A stretch of 64,000 bases of DNA from the human T2T-CHM13v2.0 reference genome, Homo sapiens. The stretch is from the NCBI RefSeq assembly GCF_009914755.1, contig NC_060936.1. The stretch is one strand, 5' to 3'. Each line of letters begins with the position of its first letter. The stretch's first letter is position 1. The position numbers were made by a program, and so were the translations under genes. The notes under the pieces were generated by a model that had not been told where the DNA came from, searched no databases, and worked only from the letters and a program-made list of their open reading frames with translations. Below, piece after piece: positions 1 through 50,300 of the stretch.

Positions 1-188
1 TACATACACCTGTAGCCCCAGCTACTCAGGAGACTGAGGTGGGAGATCTCGAGCCCAGGAGTTAGAGACCAGTCTTGGCAACACAGCCAGACACCGTGTC
101 TCTAAAACTAAAATTAAATACATAACCCTTCAGTGTTGACTATGTTGTCAGAACCAAGAGAATCAGACAAATTCTGAGGGGTGTACAT

Positions 189-194
189 TTTATT
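189..194 (-). terminator. ATP5F1B polyadenylation signal AATAAA
   Basis: tttatt on + strand, ~125 nt past the stop codon. Confidence 0.9.
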
Positions 195-319
195 GGAAAC
201 CTTAAATACTGTTCAGAAAGAATATATCTTCAATCAAGGCTCTTGTGCAGCCTACACAGAAAAATGAAGCTTTTTGGGTTAGGGGCAAGGAGAGAGACAG
301 TACAGAGGACAAAGACCCC

Positions 320-7949
<7,630 letters not shown>

Positions 7950-8480
7950 GGCGTAGTCCGGGTGGAGACTGAAGGCTGCAGCAACCGCAGCCGCCTGCTC
8001 TCCTGCCGTTGAGGCGAGGCCTACGCTGCAGTAGGCAGGTCCATTGGGTGAACTGGCTGCTCATCATTCTCTGTGCTGCTTCTACAGGTTAATACACGCT
8101 GATCTTCTCATCCATTGGTCAAAACTGGTGCTAATCTGAAACTCCTTTTTTTATTGGACAGTGTGAGGTTAGAGGGCGTCACTCTGAGCCTCAAAACTTA
8201 ATTGGATCATAGCGACGTCCGTTGGACAGGGTAATCAGAGGAACTACGTTTAGGAAAGGGGCCGAGTTCCTGTTGAAAGTGCGTGGCCTGTCTTTGCCTG
8301 TCCTTGGGCTTTCTCCTTAGATAGGTCCTTGATCTAGGTGACAGCCATAGGGGCGGTGGTTAGGGAAGTGGTAGTGCGGTGAAGCACCACTGAAGGTGAG
8401 CGTGGCGAAGTCAGGAGCCCTCTTTAGAGCCAAAATAAGGTTTTTCTCTCGAAGTAGTGAGATTGCAAGCTCCCAGGCGA
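7950..8480 (-). promoter_or_regulatory. ATP5F1B 5' UTR and proximal promoter (CpG-rich; four CCAAT boxes, GC box, Ets-like site)
   Basis: ATTGG on + at 8043, 8114, 8153, 8201; GGGGCGG at ~8350; GGAAGTG at ~8364; YY1-type AACATGGCG overlapping the start codon. Confidence 0.8.
8420..8432 (-). promoter_or_regulatory. OXBOX element (GGCTCTAAAGAGG) with overlapping REBOX-like sequence
   Basis: cctctttagagcc on + is the exact reverse complement of the 13-bp OXBOX described for the ANT1 and ATP synthase beta promoters (recalled). Confidence 0.75.
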
Positions 8481-8787
8481 TTGCACAGATTAGCAACCTA
8501 GACAGGATCTTTATCATTTAAACCTATTAAAATGAAATAAACTAATGTAACCAGTACTTTAGCAGGGCATTGAGGAGACTCAATAATAAGATAAATAAGA
8601 CTAAGAACCTTCCTTTTAAGGTCCAGGTGAACAAACAATGCAATAATGTGATGGTTCCTGGTTAGCATAAACTGGGTGCACGAAAGACGAGGGGATAAAA
8701 TTGGGTCACCTAGAGATACAGAATTGTCCACCTTGAAGGAAGCTGAGAGACCTCAGCTATGAAATGTGAATAGAAATTCTTAGGGTA

Positions 8788-13624
<4,837 letters not shown>

Positions 13625-13688
13625 TTTCCTACGTATTTCTTGATTGAGACCCAGATTGTCCAAGTGATATTTTATATAAAGTACAAGT

Positions 13689-14597
13689 CGGGGTGGCTGG
13701 CCGGGCGGGGGCTGCCCCCCACCTCCCTCCCGGACGGGGCGGCTGGCTGGGCGGGGGCTGCCCCCCACCTCCCTCCCAGACGGGGCGGCTGCCAGGTGGA
13801 GACGCTCCTCATTTCCCAGACGGGGCAGCTGCCGGGCGGAGGGGCTCCTCACTTCTTAGACGGGGCGGCCGGGCAGAGACGCTCCTCACCTCCCAGACGG
13901 GGTGGCGGTCAGGCAGAGACACTCCTCAGTTCCCAGACGGGGTCGTGGCCGGGCGGAGGCGCTCCTCACATCCCAGACGGGGCGGCGGGGCAGAGGCGCT
14001 CCCCACATCTCAGACGATGGGCGGCCAGGCAGAGACGCTCGTCACTTCCCAGATGGGATGGCGGCCGGGAAGAGGCGCTCCTCACTTCCCAGGCTGGGCG
14101 GCAGGGCAGAGGGGCTCCTCGCATCCCAGATGATGGGCGGCCAGGCAGAGACGCTCCTCGCTTCCCAGATGGGGTGGCAGCCGGGCAGAGGCTGCAATCT
14201 CGGCACTTTGGGAGGCCAGGGCAGGAGGCTGGGAGGTGGAGGCTGTAGCGAGCCCAGATCATGCCACTGCACTCCAGCAAAGACCAGTCAGGCGTGGCGG
14301 CACGCGCCTGCAGTCCCGGGCGATCGGCAGGCTGAGGCAGGAGAGTCGGGCAGGGAGGTTGCAGTGAGCCGAGATGGCGGCAGTGCAGTCCAACCTCGGC
14401 TCGGCATCAGAGGGAGACCATGGAGAGAGGGAAGGGGAGGGGGAGGGGGAGGGGGAGGGGAGGGGGAGGGGAGGGGGAGAGGGAGAGGGAGAGGGACGGA
14501 ACCTGAAGTTCTAGAGTGATGCAGGAGTTACCCCTGCAAGGATGGTTATGTAAAAATGTCAAAAATAAATGGAACCTGAATGAAAAAAAAAAAAAAA
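13689..14597. mobile_element. Non-canonical SVA retrotransposon: antisense VNTR/Alu-like/hexamer followed by a sense unique 3' tail and poly(A)
   Basis: VNTR units (cctcacttcccagacggggcggc), Alu-like domain, G-rich hexamers 14423-14496, AATAAA 14564-14569, poly(A) 14583-14597, TSD AAAGTACAAGT at 13678-13688 and 14595-14605. Confidence 0.9.
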
Positions 14598-15400
14598 GTA
14601 CAAGTTATTTTTCACAGGGGAATAGGAACCACACAGACCCACCCAATCTGGTTTCTTATCTGAAGTTAATTCCAAATGACTGTGCTCTGTAATTTAAAAT
14701 TCATCTTGAAGTGAAAATTACATTTTCCACCAAATCCTTTCATTACTGCTATCCACATTGGTCATACCCCCACATCCTTCCAGTACTCTGGTAATTGGTG
14801 GAATGTGTTTTTTTGGTCTCTACTACATTTCTTGACAATCATCCCGGATTATTTCAAATTCCACGAAAAGAACCCATTCAATGCCCTGGCTTCAGAGATC
14901 CTCAACCACTTCAATTCCAATTAGTTTTTCACATTCCCATTTCACATAAGCAGCCTACTTCCACAGCCATTCCCAAGTTGAAATATTCTCTTTCAGAAAT
15001 CCAATATTCCTTTCTTAGGTCACAATTTGGAAGCACTATTTATTACACAAGTAACATATGAACATATTCTAGGTGTACAGGATGAGTTCTTTCACCATTA
15101 CTTCCAAAACTTCCACTGTCCTTCCCAAAAATGACCATTGAAAAAACTTTTTGCATACATTCCACTCACTTTCTGTTTCATATACATATAATGCAGGGTT
15201 CCCCAGTGCCTGGGCCACAGACCAGTACCCATCCATGGCCTGTTAGGAACCAGGCCACACAGCAGGAGGAGAGTTGTGGTCGAGTGACCAAAGCTTCATC
15301 TGTATTTACAGCTTCTCCCCACTGCTCACGTTACCACCTGAATTCTGCCTCCTGTCAGATCAGTGATGGCATTAGATTCTCATAAAAATGGAAACCCTAT

Positions 15401-16475
15401 TGTTGCGGGAAGTCAGGGACCCCAAACGGAGGGACCGGCTGAAGCCACAGCAGAACATAAATTGTGAAGATTTCATGGACATTTATTAGTTCCCCAAATT
15501 AATACTTTTATAATTTCTTACGCCTGTTTTTACTGCAATCTCTGAACAGAAATTGTGAAGATTTCATGTACATTTATCACTTCCCCAATCAATACTCTTA
15601 TAATTTCCTATGCCTGTCTTTAATCTCTTAATCCCGTCATCTTCATAAGCTGAGGATGTATGTTGCCTCAGGATCCTGTGATAATTGCATTATCTGCACA
15701 GATTGTTTGTAGAGCATGTGTGTTTGAACAATATGAAATCTGGACATCCAAAAGGAACAGGATGGCTGCGATTTTCAGGGAACAAGGGAGATAACCATTG
15801 GGCCTGACTGCCTGTGGGGCCGGACAGAACAGAGTCATGTTTCTCTTCTTACAAAAGCGAATAGGAGTAATACCGCTGAGTTATTTTTCTCAGCAAGGAA
15901 CAGCCCTGAGAAAGAGAATGCATTCCCGGGGGGAGGTCTCTAAAATGGCCGCTCTGGGAGTGTGTGTCTTATATGGTTATAGATAAGGGATGAAATAAGC
16001 CCTGGTCTCCTGTAGCACCCCCAGGCTTATTAGGATTAGGAAATTCCTGCCTAGTAAATTTTAGTCAGATCGGTTGTCTGCTCTCAAACCCTGTCTCCTG
16101 ATAAGATGTTATCAATGACAATGTGTGCCCAGTGGGACATGAAACTTCATCAGCAATTCTAATTTTGCCCTGGTCCTGTGACCTCACTCTGCCCCTATTT
16201 GCCTTGTGATATTTTATTGCTCTTGAAGCATGTGATCTCTGTGACCCACACCCTATTCGTACACCCCTCCCCTTTTGAAATCCATAATAAAAACTTGCTG
16301 GTTTTGCAACTCAGGGGGCATCACGGATCCTGCTGACATGTGATGTCTCCCCCGGACACCCAGCTTTAAAATTGCTCTCTTTTGTACTCTTTCCCTTTAT
16401 TTCTCAGACCGGCTGACACTTAGGGAAAATAGAAAAGAACCTATGTTGAAATATTAGGGGCTGGTTCCCCTGATA
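15401..16475 (+). mobile_element. MER11 solo LTR (HERV-K HML-8 family)
   Basis: Starts TGTTGCGGGAAGTCAGGGACCCC, ends GGCTGGTTCCCCTGATA; 1075 bp; 6-bp TSD CCCTAT at 15395-15400 and 16476-16481. Confidence 0.9.
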
Positions 16476-16485
16476 CCCTATTGTT

Positions 16486-16803
16486 GTTTTTTGTTTTGTT
16501 TTTTGTTTTTTTTTTTTGAGACAGAGTCTCGCTCTGTCGCCCAGGCTGGAGTGCAGTGGCATGGTCTCAGCTCTCTGCAAGCTCTGCCTCCTGAGTTCAT
16601 GCCATTCTCCTGCCTCAGCCTCTGGAGTAGCTGGAACTACAGGCACCCGCCACCACGCCTGGCTAATTTTTTTGTATTTTTTTTTAGTACAGACAGGGTT
16701 TCACCATGTTAGCCAGGATGGTCTCGATCTCCTCACCTTGTGATCCACCCGCCTCAGCCTCCCAAAGTGCTGGGATTACAGGCGTGAGTCACCGTGCCCT
16801 GCC
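16486..16803 (-). mobile_element. AluY
   Basis: AluY-type diagnostics (GCAAGCTC, CATGCCATTCTCC, TTAGCCAGGATGGTCTCGATCTCC); TSD GGAAACCCTATTGTT. Confidence 0.85.
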
Positions 16804-17984
16804 GGAAACCCTATTGTTAACCGAGCAAGCAAGGGATCTAGGTTGCACACTCCTTATGAGAATCTAATGCCTGATGATCTGACACTGTCTCTCATCACCC
16901 TAAGATGGGACTGTCTAGTTGCAGGAAAACAAGCTCAAGGCTCCCACTGATTCTACATTATGGTCAGTTGTATAATTATTTCATGAACCATATCCCCCAC
17001 CCCCATCCATGGAAAAATTGTCTTCCACAAAACCGGTCCCTGGTGACAAAAAGGTTGCTCACTGCAACCTCCACCTCCCAGGTTCAAGCAATTCTCCTGC
17101 CTCAGCCTCCCAAATAGCTGGGATTACAGGCACATGCCACCAGGCCCAGCTAATTTTTGTATTTTTAGTAGAGACGGGGGTTTCACCATGTTGGCCAGGC
17201 TGGTCTCGAACTCCTGACCTCATGATCCGCCTGTCTCAGCCTCCCAAAGTGCTGGGATTACAGGCATGAACCACCGTGCCTGACCCTAGTACTCCTTTAA
17301 TACATATTCCTAAACATGTTGGCTTAAAATATGCTCACTTAAATAAGATTCTGCCAAATTGCCTTCGCAAACCATCTTGCTAATTTACCAGGTTCCCAGC
17401 ATCCTTGCCAAAACTTTATTTTTAAAGGTGGCTAATATAATGAAATTATTGACTTAATTAACTTTTTTTGAGACGGAGTCTTGATCTGTCACCCAGGCTG
17501 GAGTGCAGTGGTGCGATCTTGGCTCACTGAAACCTCTGCCTCCTAGGTTCGAGTGATTCTCCTGCCTCAGCCTCATGAGTAGCTGGGACTACAGGCTCCC
17601 GCCACAATGCCTGGCTAATTATTTTGTATTTTTAGTAGAGAAGGGGTTTCACCATATTGGCCAGGCTGGTCTTGAACTCCCGACCTCAGATGATCTGCCT
17701 GCCTTGGCCTCCCAAAGTGCTGGGATTACAGGCATGAGCCACTTTTTTTTTTTTTTTTTTAGACAGGGTCTTGCTCTGTCTCCCAGGCTGCAGTACAGTG
17801 GAGTGATTACGGCTCACTGCAGCCTTCGCCTCCTGGGTTCAAGTAGTTCTTGAACTAGAACCTCCCAGGCTCAAGTAATCCTCCCACCTCTGCCTCCCGA
17901 GTAGCTGGGACCAGTCATATGCACACACCATCAGGCCCTGCTAATTTTTGTAAAGACAGGGTTTTGGCTGGGCATGGTGGCTCA

Positions 17985-18248
<264 letters not shown>

Positions 18249-18573
18249 TCAAAAAAAAAAAAAAGCGGGGGGTTTCAACATATTGCCCATGGCTACCTTC
18301 AAGTCTGGTGGTGGGACGGGGGTAGCTCAAGCAATCCATCTTCCTTGGCCTTCCAAAGTGTTGAGATGACAGGCATGAGCCACCACGCTCAGCTCTAATG
18401 GCTAGTAAGATGGAATATTTTCATGTTTGTTGGTCAGTTGTATATCTTCAGTTAATTACTTGTTTCCATCTTTTGTCAATTTTTTCCTTTTGGCTTGTCA
18501 TGATTAAGTGTTCTTCAAATGCTTTGTTAAGCATGTTGTAAATGTTTTCTTCTAATGTTATCTTTTAATTTAG

Positions 18574-18777
<204 letters not shown>

Positions 18778-18828
18778 TAGTAGAGACGGGGTTTCACCAT
18801 GTTAGCCAGGATGGTCTCGATCTCCTGA

Positions 18829-19520
<692 letters not shown>

Positions 19521-19608
19521 TGAGATGGAGTCTCACTCTGTTGTCCAGACTGGAGTATGGTGGCACGATCTCAGATCACTGCAACCTCTACCCTCTGGGT
19601 TCACATGA

Positions 19609-19821
<213 letters not shown>

Positions 19822-19949
19822 TGATGTTAATTTTCTCTGTAGTATCCAAATTTATCATGCTTGGATTTCCCCATATCATCTTAGGCAAGTAAGAATTTGG
19901 TTAATGAATCATCAGTGGACCTGAAACCACCTACGTCAGTATCATCAAA

Positions 19950-20750
<801 letters not shown>

Positions 20751-20814
20751 ATGGCTATCTCAGTAGGACCAACCGAATGAGAACCTACGTTTTAGATCCA
20801 AAACAGTAATGAGA

Positions 20815-20982
20815 CTTTGGCATACATCAGAATCACCCGGAGAGGCTTGACAGATCACTTGACCCCACCTCCAAAGTTTCTGATTTAGTAGGTCTATTTG
20901 GGGGCCAGAATTTGTATTTCTAATGAGTTCCTAGGCAAAACTAATCCTGCTAGTCTGGGGATCACATTTTAGGAATCACTGG
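20815..20982. mobile_element. MER5A
   Basis: CATCAGAATCACC..TTTCTGATTTAGTAGGTCT..AGAATTTGTATTTCTAA..GGAATCACTG. Confidence 0.7.
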
Positions 20983-21335
20983 TTTCTAGTTATCAATAAT
21001 ATTCCAAATCCCTGGCCCCACATGGACAAGCTTATCTCAGAGATAAGACCTAGGAATCCACATTATCACAAAAAACTCCATGATTTTGATTGTTTGAGAA
21101 TAGGTTCAAGATGAATCACAGCGCAATAGAAATAGGGAAGTAACTAAAGCTATAAAGGCTAATTAGCTGTGAGGCCAGAGAAGGAACAGTGGTTGAGGGG
21201 CAGTTAGACTGCATGACACTTAGTTGTAGTATAAGCAGCTTTGCAGTTCTTTCACTCATGATGATGAGATACATAATGGGAATGGGTTGCTAAGTACTCA
21301 ACTGAAGGCCACTGGATTTGAGATTAAGAAATTTA

Positions 21336-21623
<288 letters not shown>

Positions 21624-21627
21624 TCAA

Positions 21628-21658
<31 letters not shown>

Positions 21659-22036
21659 TTCAGGATTGGCCTGGCACAATGGCTCAATCCTGTAATCCCA
21701 GCACTTTGGGAGGCTGAGGTGGGTGGATCACTTGAGGTCAGGCGTTTGAGACCAGCTTGGCCAACCAGGTGAAACCCCATCTCTACTAAAAATACAAAAA
21801 TTAGCCAGGAGTGGTGGCACATGGCTGTAATCCCAGCTACTCAGAGAGCTGAGGCAGAAGGATCGCTTGAACCTGGGAAACAGGCTGCAGTGAGCCGAGA
21901 TCATGCCTCCATGTCAAAAAGTGACTCCGTGTCTAAATAAATAAATAAATAAATAATTTAGGAGTGAGTTCTGGATAAGTTCTTCACATGAACAATGAAA
22001 TTACCCAGACTGACAATACAACTTGCGAACAAATGA

Positions 22037-22363
<327 letters not shown>

Positions 22364-22916
22364 TGAGCCACCGCACCCGGCCAAGCCTGGCAATATCTTA
22401 AATGAGTTGTCACCAAGCCTTATTTGACCACCTACATATACCTGGATTCCAGATCCCATTACCATTGCCTAAATTTAGCCCTTCATCTCTTACCACTTGA
22501 ATTACTGCACAAACTTGTTTCTTTACCTCCAAATCCACCTGTAAAACATTACTCATGCTATGGTATTTCTGAAATGTATTTCACCATACTGTGTTGAGGG
22601 AAAGATATTTGGTGGCGATATACGACGCTTTTTACTAGCAGGAATAGACATTCAACATTTAATTGTGGTCAATGTTTAAATGAAACCCACAGATCAGCCT
22701 GGCCAACATGGTGAAACCCCATCTCTAGTAAAAATATAAAAATTAGCTGGGCATGGTGGCACACGCCTGTAGTCCCAGCTACTCGGAAGGCTGAGGCAGG
22801 AGAATTGCTTGAACCTGGGAATTCAGAGATTGCAGTGAGCCGAAATTGTGCCACTGCACTCCAGCCTCAGCGACAGAGCGAGACTCTGTCTCAAAAAAAC
22901 AAAAAACAAAAAAACA

Positions 22917-23106
22917 CAATTGTCCCTTGGTATATTCCAGAGGAGTGGTTTCATGACCCCTCCACCACCAAGCATACCAAAATCAGACAGAACCCTCCGT
23001 ATTCATGGGTTTGGCATTTTACAAATACTGTATTTTTGACCTGCATTTGGTTGGAAAAAATCCACCTAAAAGGGGTTCAAACCCATGTTGTTCAAGGTTC
23101 AAGTGC
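22917..23106. mobile_element. MER8 (Tigger-type MITE)
   Basis: CAATTGTCCCTTGGTAT..ATACTGTATTTTTGA..TTCAAACCCATGTTGTTCAAGG. Confidence 0.7.
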
Positions 23107-25339
23107 TCAAGGATGACAGAATGTAGGGGTTAGAACAGGCCTTTACAAAAATCCTTAGAATTCACTGTTAAAATTCTCCATCCTACTGCCACCCTAGAAC
23201 TCCATTTCAGTTGTCCTCTTATTTGCACAGGCTGCTAGATTCGACCAGGAAGTCCTACTCTGTATTCCCTATTACACCCTTAGTTATCAATTTATTTAAT
23301 CACTATCAAAGCAACTAGATGTTAAGTTTTTCCACAAAGTGCCAGCCTCCTCCCTACCTAGCCTACATCTTTTCCTATTTGGTACAATGCTGGGTGATCC
23401 ACAAATAAAAAATTGTATTTTCAAAAATTTCTCAAAAGAATTCCTGCTAAACAGGAGAAATTTCAATTAGCTTAGAACTAAAATGGGGGAGAAAACCTTC
23501 ATGTTACTGTAGCAATCACCCTCAATCTGCCCTCCTTGGAAATAGCTAAGTTTAGGGAACCGTATAGCACCAATATCACAACCTATCAATATGGACAAAA
23601 AATATGCTATACCCATTCATCTAAACTTAAAAAATTTCACTCACAATCTTAAATTGATCATTTTTTTTTTTGAGAGGGGGTTTTGCCATGTTGGCCAGGC
23701 ATGAGTCACCACGCCCAGCCCAGAACATTTTTTGAGACAGTCTCGCTCTGCCGCCCAGGCTGGAGTGCAGTGGCGCCTCAATGGTGTGATTACAGAATTG
23801 AGCCACCTTGCCCGCCCCAGAAAATGTTCTTAACAGAAGCTTTGAATTAGAGATGAGGTACAACGCACAAGGTCTGATACCTAAGCAATAAGGACTGATG
23901 AAAACCTGTTCAAATGTTTGAACACAAAATATTTAAAATTATAGCCAGGTGACACACAGTGACACACACCTTAATACTGGCACTTGTGGAGGCCAAGGCA
24001 GGCATATCACTTGAGCCTAGGAGTTCGAGACCAGCTTGGGAAACATGGAGACCCATCTCTACAAAATATATGAATAAAGTCCACCAGGTGTGGCGCTTGA
24101 GATATGATTGCACCACTGCACTCCAGCCTGGGCAAGACCGTCTTTTTGTTTTGAGATGGAGTTTCACTTGCAGCCCAGGATGGAGTGCAATGGTACAATC
24201 TGGGCTGACTGCAACCTCTGCCTCCTGGGTTCAAGCAATTCTCCTGCCTCAGCCTCCTGAGTAGCTGGGGTTACAGGCATGTACCACCACGCCTGGCTGA
24301 TTTTTTTGGATTATTAGTAGAGACAGGGTTTCACCATGTTGGCCAGGCTAGTTTTGAACTCCTGATCTCAGGCGATCCTCCCGCCTCAGCCTCCCAAAGT
24401 GCTAGGATTACAGGCGTGAGCCACCGTGCCCGGCTTTTGAGACACTTGTCTACAGAAAAGTTCGTGGTGCAATCTTGGCTCACTGCATCCCCAATGGCCC
24501 AGGCTCAAGTGATCTTCCCACCTCAGCTTCCAGAGTAGTTGGGATTACAAGAACATGCCACCACACCCAGCTATTTTTTTGTCAAGATGGGGTTTCGCAG
24601 GCCGGGCGTGGTGACTCCTGCCTATAATCCCAGCTCTTTGGGAGGCCGAGGCAGGCTGGAGTCCGAGACCAGCCTAGCCAACATGGTGAAAACCCAGCTC
24701 TACTAAAAATAAAATTAGCTGGGTACGTGGAGTGCGCCTATAATCCCAGCTAGTCAGGAGGCTGAGGCAGGATAATCGATTGAACCTGGAGGGTGGAAGT
24801 TGCACTGGGCAACAGGGCAACACTCCGTCTCCAAAAAAAAAAAAAAAAAAAAAAAGGGAGTTTCACCACATTGCCCAGGCTGGTCTCAAGCAATCTGCCC
24901 GCCTCAGTCTCCCAGAGTGCTGTGATTAAAGGCAGGTGGGAGCCACCGTGCCGGCCTGTATAATGCGTTTCAAGGCTGGGCAGTAAGCCAGTGAATCATT
25001 AATTCCCAAAACTGAAGTATAAATTTTTTGAAGAAAAACAAGTTTAAAATGTTTTCCCCCCTGAAGCTAAGAACTACACATCGTAATACATTATGCGTAT
25101 CTATTATCGCACTTTCCATCAAGTTTTTGTCTCATGTTTGTCTCCCCTAGCCTGTGAGCTCTCTGAGCTCAGCAATCATCTGAAATATTAATCTTTGTAT
25201 CACCAGCACTTTAACTGCCTGCAACACAGGTCCTGAATATCTGACAAAGAAACACTAAAATACATAGTGTTTCTACATTATGACAAATACAGAAGCTGTG
25301 AGGGAATGAAAACTGCCAAAATGCAGAAGTTCAAAGATT

Positions 25340-26478
25340 TAGGAGGACAACACATTTAGTTTTATTTCAATCAAATCACACAACACTTTCTTTTCCAACT
25401 GCTGCAAAGTGCATCTACAATATGCTATTACAGATCCACTTTTAAAAGGTTTCCTGTGACATTACAGCAAGCCTCTTTTTTCAAACAGAGGAATAATCCC
25501 AAATTCTTCCTCAAATAAACTCCATTCCAGTAAATGGTAAATACATAAAAATTACAGTAAGCCAGACACTTAAAAGGACAGCCAAGAAGTCTTCCAACAG
25601 TTTATTAGAAAGAATGTAGACATTTAAAAAAATCCCCACTGTCATGAACATAAATTGAGGTTTTCAGCCCGGGTATAAGCTGAATCAAAAAAAGGAAATA
25701 AAAAATCCAATAGTGTATTAAACATTTTTCACTCATTTGCCATACTGACAGTGCAAATACAAATCTGGACTAAATGTACAGACTCTCAAGCAACAATGTA
25801 CAGCTTTCTTCGTCCTCCATGCTAAGAGATGTAAAAGCTTAAGGGTCAAACAATACCAATTGTATAGGCTTCAAAAACCATCTAAGTTAGGGCATTCTCT
25901 AGTTTTAGCTAAGATACACCTGGAACACTGACAAGTCATCACTTACATAGAATAATGTGAAGTAAATTTTTTGAAAAATAAATTTTAGTGGAACAATCCT
26001 GAAGGATAACACCAGAAGAATAGCAGGTTACCAGTAAGGTGTCAGCCAATTTGTTCCAGTCACTTTTGAATCCATGTTCTATAATCTAAAATTTATTCTC
26101 TTTCCCTAAGCTGAGAGCTTCCTATCATGTCAGTATCTATGTTATGAAGAAAAGGAGACTTAGGTGAGATGTTTTTATTTATCGCAACTGCTGCATTAAT
26201 TGCCTAGGACCTCAACAGCTTCATGAAAGTCTGGGAAATGTTCATGCATAAGGTTATTGCCTTAGCTGACTTAAAATTGCCCCATACAATGGTACATATC
26301 AACCCTTAGTGAAGCCTTTTAAAAAACAAACAGGTTGAAAAATGGGTTAAAGTGGGCAAATACAGCATATCTGCCTTTAGAGCTATCAACTCAGGATCAA
26401 CTCAGGAATTCTCTCAATTATGAAATCTTGCAGAGAAGTTATTTTTCTTTCTCAAAATCCAGGTGATGACAATATTCC
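25340..26478 (-). other. PTGES3: PTGES3 3' UTR with several AATAAA signals
   Basis: Repeat-free AT-rich sequence; tttatt on + at 26174, 26092, 25601, 25361. Confidence 0.8.
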
Positions 26479-50000
<23,522 letters not shown>

Positions 50001-50002
<2 letters not shown>

Positions 50003-50300
50003 TGTGAACGGGGCAGGGGGACGGGCGAACTGGTGGGCGGGCCTCTCTGGCGGCGGCTGCTGCTAGGGAGTCGACTTCTCTCCGGTGGCGACTCCGCTTT
50101 TTCTCTCCGGTCGCGGCCTCTTCTCGCTTCCCTCAGGCGACGGCGGCAGCGGCGGGCTCGACCTCGGGCCCCAGAATGCACCGCGCGGAAAGAGCGGCTC
50201 CTCCGGTCGGGGAGAAGAGGAAAGTGTAGGAAAAGGGGCGCGAGGACGGAGAATGAACGTGCGTGCGTGCAAACGAGGGGTGGTGAGGCCGGGCGGCGGC
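50001..50300 (-). other. PTGES3: PTGES3 exon 1 (5' UTR plus 'AT' of the start codon); TSS approximate
   Basis: ...TTCACAAT|gtgagt donor at 50000; GC-rich 5' UTR. Confidence 0.85.

Larger units (their letters stand above)
15194..17057 (+). mobile_element. MER1A (hAT-Charlie MITE) interrupted by MER11 and AluY
   Basis: CAGGG..CCCC start, GCCTCCTGTCAGATCAG..GCATTAGATTCTCATA; resumes at ~16819 GGGATCTAGGTTGC..GAAAAATTGTCTTCCAC; right TIR lost. Confidence 0.85.

Noticed and set aside
13689-14200. Repeat array superficially CRISPR-like
   Set aside because: Degenerate tandem VNTR units without unique spacers, in a primate genome.
21255-21308. ATGATGA ... CTGA resembling C/D boxes
   Set aside because: Too short (~48 nt), no terminal stem, intergenic, no recognisable guide.
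26371-26384. OXBOX-like GCTCTAAAG in the PTGES3 3' UTR
   Set aside because: Partial match in a non-promoter context; probably coincidence.
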